The notes beneath the pieces were generated by a model that worked only from the letters and a program-made list of their open reading frames with translations, did no database searches and was not told where the DNA came from. Source: Selaginella moellendorffii (Eukaryota > Plantae > Lycopodiophyta). Taken from it: a stretch of DNA of 64,000 nucleotides. Position 1 is the first letter of the stretch, and every line of letters starts with the position of its first letter. The stretch spans positions 1,905,549 to 1,969,548 of the forward strand of contig NW_003314280.1 in assembly GCF_000143415.4 (NCBI RefSeq). Reading direction: 5' to 3'. Shown here one piece after another: positions 12,481 to 20,109 of this stretch. The translations under genes and the position numbers were made by a program.

Positions 12481-12641
12481 AAGAACTTGACAGAATATTG
12501 GAAACCCAACGAACTTGACGGAATGTCCTCCTCAAAGTTGACAGAATACCCTAACCTTACCGGAATGTCCTCCTTAAATCTGACAGAATATCCCCAGTTT
12601 CTGAACGAACTTGACGGAATGTCCTCCTTAAACTTGACAGA
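12481..12641. repeat. Three-copy ~31-bp repeat with variable spacers in a divergent intergenic region
   Basis: CGGAATGTCCTCCTyAAAnyTGACAGA x3 plus a partial upstream copy. Confidence 0.8.
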
Positions 12642-12739
12642 TTTGGCCCTAGAACAATGGAGCACAGGACGAGCGCGCGTGCGAGAATGGGGGCGTGTTC
12701 TCTCCGGTGAGCTCGCATTTGCATGAAATCCCTGGAGCG

Positions 12740-14683
12740 ATGGAGGATCTGGAGGACGAAATCACGGTGTTCAAGAGGCGAGAGATCCGATTCTACGAGT
12801 TCCCGGCCGCGCCGCCCAATGCTGCTCTCGGCGACTCCAAAATCTCGGTGCTGCTCGAGAATCTGGAGCTCCGCCGCTTCGTCCTGGCCCCGGTGCCCGC
12901 CCTGGACGAGGATCTTTGCACGCAGTTCATCAAGACGTTCGCGAGGAAGGCGTCGATCGACGGCGGCCACGGCATCGTCCAGGGTCGCAGCGTCTTCCTG
13001 TGCGCACACAGCGTCCAGCGACTCACCGGCCTGCCGATGGGAAGCTCCTCCTATGGCAAGCCCCTCGCGGCGCCGGAGAATGCCTCGATGCTGCGCGAGA
13101 TGTTCCCGGGCATGAAGCACTCCGGGGAGAACTACTACTTGCCGCGGATGAGCCGCCGGGTGGACAACGCGGACGAGTTCATCGCCATCGCCCGGATGCT
13201 CACGGAGAGGCTGCTGTGCCAGACCGATAGCCACAAGTACGCCGAGGCGGAGCTCCTGCTGGGGATGAGGTTCTCGCTGGCGGCCGGGGTCGTGATGCCG
13301 TGGGCGGTGTTCATGGCGCGGAGGATGCTCGAGGCGGTGGTGAGGAGCAAGGAGAGGAAGTCGGTGTTTCTCTTCGGGCAGTGGCTGTCCGGGCTCATTC
13401 GCAGCCAGCTCGAGAGCGCTCCAGGCCACGAGAGGAAGAGAAAGGAGCGAGGATCTTCCGCGGAGGACGATGAGATTGGCGTTGCTGCGAAAGGGAGCCG
13501 GATCAAGCAACGGAGGTACGTGAGTGCTGGACGCGGCGGCGGTTCCACGTCCGATGAAGCGTCACCGCGCGAGAGAGGCCGCCGACGAAAGGAGTTTGAG
13601 GATTCAGGATCATCGCCGGAGAAGAAACGCGCGGTGGCTATCATGGAACAAGAGCAAGGAGCTACGTGGACCTTCTCGGAACCGGGTCGCCCACCGGAGA
13701 AAGAAAACGCAGAATTCCAAGCGGCTATCAAACATTCTCCATGCAAACTCGAGGCTCCGGTTAAACTCGAAGAAACACCACCGTCAACCCTCTCGTCAAC
13801 CCTCTCGGAAGCGGATCGCCCACTGAAGAAAGAAAACGAAGAGTTCCAAGCGGCTATCAAACTCGAGGCTCCGGTTAAACTCGAAGAAACACCGGGTCAG
13901 GACCAAGCAGCTGGAGAGACGACACCGTCACCGAACGAAAGCGAAGAGTTCCAAGCGGCTTCTCCATGCACACTCGAAGAAACACCGGGTCGGGACCAAG
14001 CAGCTGGAGAGACGACACCGTTACCGAACGAGAACGAAGACTTCCAAGCGGCTTCTCCATGCAAACTCGAAGAAACGGGTCAGGACCAAGAAGCTGCTTC
14101 TTCATGCAAACTCGAAAACACACCACCGTCGCTTGGTGAGGATCAAGCAGCTGGAGAACCGGACGAGAAACTTGGACCGAAAGGCTGCCGGGACCCCGTG
14201 GACGAAGACGAAGCAGTTCTATCCAAGGAACTAGACAAGGACCAAGCTGCTGTGTCCTCGAGCACGGATGTGGTGGAAGAACCCCGAGCTGTGGAGATCG
14301 AACAGGCAGAAGGTGGCATCGAAGTAACTGGAAATCCAGAAGATGAAACAGTGAAGCTAGAGGACCAGGCAATTTCGAGAAAGAGCCAGCTTCTTTGCGA
14401 GCTCCTCATGCTGAGGGAGGAGGTCCTGGGAGCCGCGGAACTGGATCAGGAGTTCGTAGACTTGGAGATTGTGGAGCGTCACCGGGAGCTCCAAGAGAGC
14501 GCGCAAGAGCTTGTCTCGCTCGATGAGGAGCTCGGGCAGCTGCGCCAAGAGGTGGACGACGCAAAGTTTGCCGTGGAGCTGGAGGAAAGCCGGAGGGCAC
14601 CAAAGGAGTGCGTGAGAAAGATCCGGGACGAGTACATAACTTATAAGAAGATGGTCAAGGAGTTCCTCCAGGTTCCATCTTAG
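12740..14683 (+). CDS. Uncharacterised intronless protein: conserved N-terminal domain (paralogous to 17279..18301), acidic tandem repeats, C-terminal coiled coil
   Basis: Long ORF, first ATG 12740; motifs PVP..DEDLCTQFIKT, LTGLPMG, WLSGLIRSQLE shared with the 17279 ORF. Confidence 0.7.
   Translation: MEDLEDEITVFKRREIRFYEFPAAPPNAALGDSKISVLLENLELRRFVLAPVPALDEDLCTQFIKTFARKASIDGGHGIVQGRSVFLCAHSVQRLTGLPMGSSSYGKPLAAPENASMLREMFPGMKHSGENYYLPRMSRRVDNADEFIAIARMLTERLLCQTDSHKYAEAELLLGMRFSLAAGVVMPWAVFMARRMLEAVVRSKERKSVFLFGQWLSGLIRSQLESAPGHERKRKERGSSAEDDEIGVAAKGSRIKQRRYVSAGRGGGSTSDEASPRERGRRRKEFEDSGSSPEKKRAVAIMEQEQGATWTFSEPGRPPEKENAEFQAAIKHSPCKLEAPVKLEETPPSTLSSTLSEADRPLKKENEEFQAAIKLEAPVKLEETPGQDQAAGETTPSPNESEEFQAASPCTLEETPGRDQAAGETTPLPNENEDFQAASPCKLEETGQDQEAASSCKLENTPPSLGEDQAAGEPDEKLGPKGCRDPVDEDEAVLSKELDKDQAAVSSSTDVVEEPRAVEIEQAEGGIEVTGNPEDETVKLEDQAISRKSQLLCELLMLREEVLGAAELDQEFVDLEIVERHRELQESAQELVSLDEELGQLRQEVDDAKFAVELEESRRAPKECVRKIRDEYITYKKMVKEFLQVPS
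13695..14165 (+). repeat. Coding tandem repeat (ENEEFQAA..CKLEETPGQDQAAGETTP-like units)
   Basis: Four to five degenerate copies visible in both DNA and protein. Confidence 0.8.
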
Positions 14684-14796
14684 AAACTCTATTTAGCTTT
14701 GATGATCTCTTATGGTAGGAGATGATGGAAGGAGATCCGAGCTTGTGGGGGTCCTCTATCCACGGCTGACTAACTTATCTTTCGATTCTCGAGTTT

Positions 14797-16101
14797 TCAA
14801 GCCACGGTTTCGACTTGAGCAAGCTGAGGCTCGTAGGAATGCTGGAAGTGATTGGCAGTGAACCAGGGATGGAAGAAGAGCTGAGAAGCGGTGGGTCTGT
14901 GAGAAGGATCTCGCTGGAGGCAGAGTCGGAGAAAGTCTTTGGCTTGGTCCGAGAGGAAGTCGGGGACTCGGGGTGTTTCCAGAGTGGTGGCCAGTTTGTA
15001 GAGCACTGGAACCTGTGGAGACAAGAAAGAAGAACAGTGAGAACTTTGAGAACTTTGGAAAAGATTGCACGAACCGCTTCGTAGTCACTCCATGGTGGTC
15101 TTGCTTGTGCCATTTCGATCACCGTGCAGCCGAGGCTCCATATATCGACTGAGAGATCGTAGCCACTGCAGCGGCTCTTCAAAATCTGGAAGAAAGTTAG
15201 TGAGCGCTTGTTCTCGCTCGAAACTATCAAACCTCTGGAGCCATCCAGTATGGAGAGCCTTTTAGCGAGCGTGCAAACGACTTGGCAGTAACCTGGATGG
15301 AAGTTAGAGCGCGATCTGAGAAAATCACTGCGAGAGACTTACGTGTTTGGCCATTCCAAAGTCCGCGAGCTTTACATTTCCATCCGAGTCAATGAGGACG
15401 TTTGCCCCTTTGATATCCCTGTTGCAAAACCGGAAGCTTTAGTAGGAGGAACTTTCACTGCTTTTGGTGTTACCTGTGGACGGTTTGTTTGCTGTGGAGG
15501 TACGCTAAGCCACACACGATTTGCCGTGTGTAACTTTTGATCACTGGCTCTTCGAAGGCGCCATACTCGTGGAGGAGCTTTTGGATGGAGCCACCGGATA
15601 AAAACTCCAAGTAGATATGGAGCCTATCCTTCATCTGGACAAAACAAAGGCATGTTTCGTCGATCCATCAAGCGACGAGAGAGCGAAGTACTGATTCGGA
15701 GCCGTAGTACTGGACGATGTTTGGATGCCTCAGGCGGCTCAACATAGCAATCTCCTGCGAACGCGAGAGAAGAAACCATGTCAAAACAAACAAGAGGAGA
15801 ACCACGAAAAAGAAAAGCTGGAAGAAGCTTACTTGTCTCAGCTGTTTGCAACATTCTTGAGACCTGTAGTCACTGCAGGAGATCATGGCCTCCTTGATGG
15901 CACAAAACCTTCCAATATAGCTGAAGAAGAAACAAAAAAAAAGAGAGGAAGACTCAACAGGATCACCAAAGAAACCAAGGAGAGAAACCTGTCAAAGCCA
16001 ACATAGACGTTTCCAAAGGATCCACTTCCGATCAGAGCTCCCTTCTTCCAGCAAGCTGGAACTCCGGGAGACTTCTGGAGAGGGATCTCCAATGTCTCCA
16101 T
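14797..16101 (-). CDS. MEKK-type MAPKKK (MAPKKK3/YODA-related kinase domain), multi-exon
   Basis: [73 protein letters not shown]. Confidence 0.9.
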
Positions 16102-16507
16102 TCCAACTTAAGAAGGAACCTGGATAAAAAAACCCCTTAGAACCCCAGTCGAATGGATCGAGAGATTTATACCAGGGGAAATGCAGCAACAGCAACAGTG
16201 GCGAGAGAAGCTGGATAACAACTGGCTCGCTTCCATCCTCCCTCCTCCGGAGAATGATCCGCATTGTGATGCCAAAGAATTCACGGGAAGAATATATGAG
16301 CAATAATGGCGGCGGACCAATCGTTCTCATTAGTTTTGACGACATAGCGCGCATCCCCTGGCCCGCGTGTCCCTCTCGCCCTAGCGCGAATCCCCCTTGT
16401 CCCTCTCGCCCAAAAAGCCCGGTAGAATGAAGAGCCCTAACTTTCAAATTATGGATATTCCACGTACTTTTTAGGGTTCTTGCGACTGGGCAGGGCGAGC
16501 TGCGGCG

Positions 16508-17177
16508 ATGGAGGGCTACCTCGACCATCTCAGATCGCTGCGCAGGCTCATGAACGGTACGCGAAATCCCTGTGCCTCTGGAAATCTGCGACGCGGCTGG
16601 TGGTGTTGGGGCAGACTATGAGGACAAGGCGGCGGTGGTGAGCGCCGAGCGGCACAAGCAAGAAGCTGTGATACGAGCTCTTGAGAAGGATCTGGAATGC
16701 GGTAAGCTATCGGTGATATCGAATCAGACGAAAGCGATTTGAGTGATGATTCTCAATCCTTACAGTGAATGCTGAGTCCCGGCGCTTGGATAGCGAGACT
16801 GATGGAATCTTGAAGCAAAGCGGCTTCGTTTCGGCTTCGATTCTCAGGAGCCAGAGGGAGCTTTCCAAGCTGGATAAAGACGCCGTTGCGCTCGCGGATG
16901 CTTTGGAGGTGCTGAAGAAAGACACAGTGGTGGAGGCCGAGTCTATCCACAGGAAAAAGTGAGCCTCTTTGATTCTCTTCCGCTTTTTCTCCAGCAAATG
17001 TCGCCTCGCCCCGCGTGCAGGGCGCACTTTGACGAGCTTTCCAGTGACTTCGCTGCAAAGTTTGAACTCTACAAGTCCAAGGTGATCGTCTTTTCTCGAT
17101 GTCTTCAAGCTAAGCTTATGGCACCAAGTTTCCAGGCAAATCTCGCTCTATGCGTTCTGTGTGGTCGGCAGGAATAG
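16508..17177 (+). CDS. Coiled-coil protein resembling plant synaptonemal-complex central element protein SCEP1
   Basis: Spliced MEGYLDHLRSLRRLMND-YEDKAAVVSAERHKQEAVIRALEKDLE...ILRSQRELSKLDKD matches the recalled angiosperm MEEYLQYMKTLRSQMNDVEDQAAK family; short GT-AG introns; 3' end uncertain. Confidence 0.55.
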
Positions 17178-17278
17178 GTGGGCTCTCCTTGTGCTTTTAT
17201 CTTATTTTCACTTCTTTCACTTTTGCTGATCATTCAGTGTCGTTTTCTCTCGGGGAATTTAGAAAGTAAATCGGAACA

Positions 17279-18301
17279 ATGCAGCGCTTTGGAAAAGTAT
17301 ACGGGATAGTTATAACGTTTTCGAGTCGTGGCGCCTTCACGGGGCCGAAGTTAGTCATTCAGCATAATAGGATAGCTACAGGGGAGGATTGTGGAGAGGT
17401 AACTGGAAAGGAGCGCTCCTTGTCGCAAGAGGAGTGCACCGCTATCAGGAGAAGTGACAGGCCAGTGGTGGCGGAGAACTTTAAGCGGAAGCCTGCCGAG
17501 TGTATGCTGGTGGAACAAGTGTACAAGAAAAAGGAGCTCTTGAGACCGTCGGGCATCACTTTCGAAACGTGTGAGAAGCCGAAGCGGACCAGGTTGCTGG
17601 AGCCGGCTGGACAGAAACTGCTGAATGACTTGGGCCTGGACTTGTTCTACTTCACGCCGGTCCCCAAGAGTGATCCCGACCTATGTCAGGCCTTCATTTC
17701 TACGTATGCTCATCCTTTTAGATACGGGATGGTTGACGGGAAAGCAGTGCGGATCAACTACGAGGAAATCGCAAAGCTGACAGGTCTTCCAATTGGGAAC
17801 TGGAAGTATAAGAAGTACGACCTTCGAGGCAAGCACCAGGCGATCCTGTATGGAATCCTGCGGACTTTCAAGCAGAAGAAGCCCGGCCTGTTTTCTCTGG
17901 AGCATGTGAAGTTCGGGGACGGGCTTGAGGACAGCATAGCCTTCAGAGAAGTTGCCAGCCTACTTATGGAGAGGCTCATATGCAAGCCGCATCCTTCGGA
18001 CAGCGTAATGCCGCAACTCATTCTGTCCATGCATGGATCTCTCCGGCGCAACCAGATCATGAAGTGGGCTCAGCTGTTGACAGTTCGGCTTTGCAAGTCG
18101 GTATTCTATACCCGACTAACAGGATCATTTCCGTTTTGCTATGCCGAGTGGCTGACGGGTCTCATTCGCCAGCAGATCGAAGGTGACGAAACTAGAGACC
18201 TTGAGTTGGAAACAAGCTTGAAGGCTCTGGCTAAGATGGAGATAGACAGGGCGGTTTTGGACTCTAGGATCCAGTATCTGGAGGCTCAGAAGCAGCAGTG
18301 A
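17279..18301 (+). CDS. Uncharacterised protein, paralogue of the N-terminal domain of 12740..14683
   Basis: LGLDLFYFTPVPKSDPDLCQAFIST..GMVDGK..LTGLPIG..LMERLICK..WLTGLIRQQIE; true start uncertain. Confidence 0.65.
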   Translation: MQRFGKVYGIVITFSSRGAFTGPKLVIQHNRIATGEDCGEVTGKERSLSQEECTAIRRSDRPVVAENFKRKPAECMLVEQVYKKKELLRPSGITFETCEKPKRTRLLEPAGQKLLNDLGLDLFYFTPVPKSDPDLCQAFISTYAHPFRYGMVDGKAVRINYEEIAKLTGLPIGNWKYKKYDLRGKHQAILYGILRTFKQKKPGLFSLEHVKFGDGLEDSIAFREVASLLMERLICKPHPSDSVMPQLILSMHGSLRRNQIMKWAQLLTVRLCKSVFYTRLTGSFPFCYAEWLTGLIRQQIEGDETRDLELETSLKALAKMEIDRAVLDSRIQYLEAQKQQ

Positions 18302-20109
18302 TGTCAGTGGTAACAGCGGGAGGACTCGGAGAGCAGAAGTCGCAAGAGAAGATTGAAATTGAAAAGCTCGCAGCACAGCTGAGGAGAGCAGGCTCTTGTG
18401 AAGACATTGTCTTGGGCAGACGAGTTCACGCCAGGATTCTACAGAGCCGCTACCGAAACTACAGGTATTTGGCCAACCTGGTCGTGGAGATGTACGGTGA
18501 CTGCCACAGCGTGAGTGAAGCTCGTGCTGTCTTCGACGGGATTGAAACGCCAAACGTGTTCTCGTGGAACACCATGCTGGGGGCTTACGGGCAGAACGGG
18601 CAAGTGGAGGATGCAAAACAAATCTTCAACGCAGCACCGGAGAAGAACCTCCTCCTGTGGACTACTTTGATATCCGCATATGCAAAGAACGGGCATCTGG
18701 AGGAAGCCAAGAGTACCTTCGATGGATTGCCCGAGTCGGATGTGGTAACACAGACAACAATACTGCTGGCTTTTCTCGAGACTGGGAACTTGGAAGCCGC
18801 GGAGTCCATCTACATAAGTATGCCCGTACTCGACACAATCGGCTGGACGATCATGCTAAAGGCATACGCAGAGAGAGGACATCTCCAGAAGGCAAGGCGG
18901 TCTTTCGAGTTGATGCCAGAACTGGACGTTGTATCTGCGACTTCCATGGTGGTGGCCTATGCCGAGAACAGCTACCTTGAAGATGCCAAGGCGGTCTTTG
19001 ACAGCATGCCTCAGAGGAACATCGTCTCGTGGACAGCGATGGTGAAGGCGTACGCGTGTGAAGGGGATATCGGGAAAGCCAAGCCTCTGTTCGATAGAAT
19101 GCCCGAGCACAACGTGATATCTTTCACGGCTATGCTGCAAGCGTACTTGGACAACGGGAAGCTCCAGCTTGCGAAGGCAATCTTCGACGCCATGCCCGAG
19201 CGGGACGTCATTGCGTGGAACTCCATGGTTCAAGGCTATGCGAAGATGGGATATCTGGAGGAGGCAAAGCTTCTGGTAGACAGAATGCCCAGGTGGAACA
19301 CGGTGACTTGGACGGCCCTGGTTGAGGGGTATGCTCAAAGCGGGTATATGGATGAAGCGAGGTCAACGTTTGACAGGATGCCGGGTCGGGATATGATGGC
19401 CTGGAACAGCATGATCGGGACGTATGCTCAGCTCGGGTATATGCACGAGGCGAAGGAGATCTTCGCTATGCTTCCGGAGCGAGACGTTTTCTCGTGGACT
19501 GCCATGATCCCGGTTCACGCAAGAGGTGGCAGCGTTTACAAGGCGAAGATGGTGTTCGACACCATGCCTCAGCAGAACGTGGTGTCCTGGAATGCGATGG
19601 TTGCTTCGTATGCTCACTGTGGGCATGCGAAGTCCGCCGTGGAGCTCTTTAAGTTTATGGAACAGGAAGGACTTCGTCCAAACGACATCTCCTTCGTGAG
19701 CCTTCTCACGGCATGCAGCAGGCTTGGCGCGCTGGACGAAGGCCACGGTTACTTCCTCCGGATGGTGCTCGACTACTGCGTTGCTCCACTCAAAGAACAC
19801 TACAGCTCCATGTTGGATCTTCTTGGACGGGCTGGGCGCCTGCGCGATGCCGAGGAGCTGGTCAAGACGATGCCGTTTGTTCCCGACTCCGTGATGTGGG
19901 CGACACTGCTAGGTGCTTGCAAGCTCCACAAAGATACTGCGCGTGGACAACGAGCAGCGAAGCAGATCATCAACTTGGACACGAAGAGCTGCCTGGCTTA
20001 CGTGCTGCTGGGCAACATCTGCGTCGAGCGCTCCGAGCAACTTAAGCATCAAGTCCTGCTTCCTCAAGCTCGTCCAGCTCGAAGTCTCGTGGCTCCTCCG
20101 AGTGCTTGA
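18301..20109 (+). CDS. PLS-class PPR protein with a long run of 31-aa S-type motifs and a truncated E domain
   Basis: Repeated VVSWTAM..AYA..G....AK..FD.MP motifs; EHYSSMLDLLGRAGRL, WATLLGACKLH. Confidence 0.9.
   Translation: MSVVTAGGLGEQKSQEKIEIEKLAAQLRRAGSCEDIVLGRRVHARILQSRYRNYRYLANLVVEMYGDCHSVSEARAVFDGIETPNVFSWNTMLGAYGQNGQVEDAKQIFNAAPEKNLLLWTTLISAYAKNGHLEEAKSTFDGLPESDVVTQTTILLAFLETGNLEAAESIYISMPVLDTIGWTIMLKAYAERGHLQKARRSFELMPELDVVSATSMVVAYAENSYLEDAKAVFDSMPQRNIVSWTAMVKAYACEGDIGKAKPLFDRMPEHNVISFTAMLQAYLDNGKLQLAKAIFDAMPERDVIAWNSMVQGYAKMGYLEEAKLLVDRMPRWNTVTWTALVEGYAQSGYMDEARSTFDRMPGRDMMAWNSMIGTYAQLGYMHEAKEIFAMLPERDVFSWTAMIPVHARGGSVYKAKMVFDTMPQQNVVSWNAMVASYAHCGHAKSAVELFKFMEQEGLRPNDISFVSLLTACSRLGALDEGHGYFLRMVLDYCVAPLKEHYSSMLDLLGRAGRLRDAEELVKTMPFVPDSVMWATLLGACKLHKDTARGQRAAKQIINLDTKSCLAYVLLGNICVERSEQLKHQVLLPQARPARSLVAPPSA

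Noticed and set aside
12481-12641. Repeat-spacer pattern resembling a CRISPR array
   Set aside because: Eukaryotic context, only three degenerate repeats, short and partly shared spacers, no cas genes
12450-12665. N-terminal extension of the AT-hook ORF (FKEDIP repeats)
   Set aside because: Starts at a non-ATG codon and merely translates the intergenic DNA repeat
12557-13860. Antisense ORFs over the 12740 gene
   Set aside because: GC-rich shadow frames
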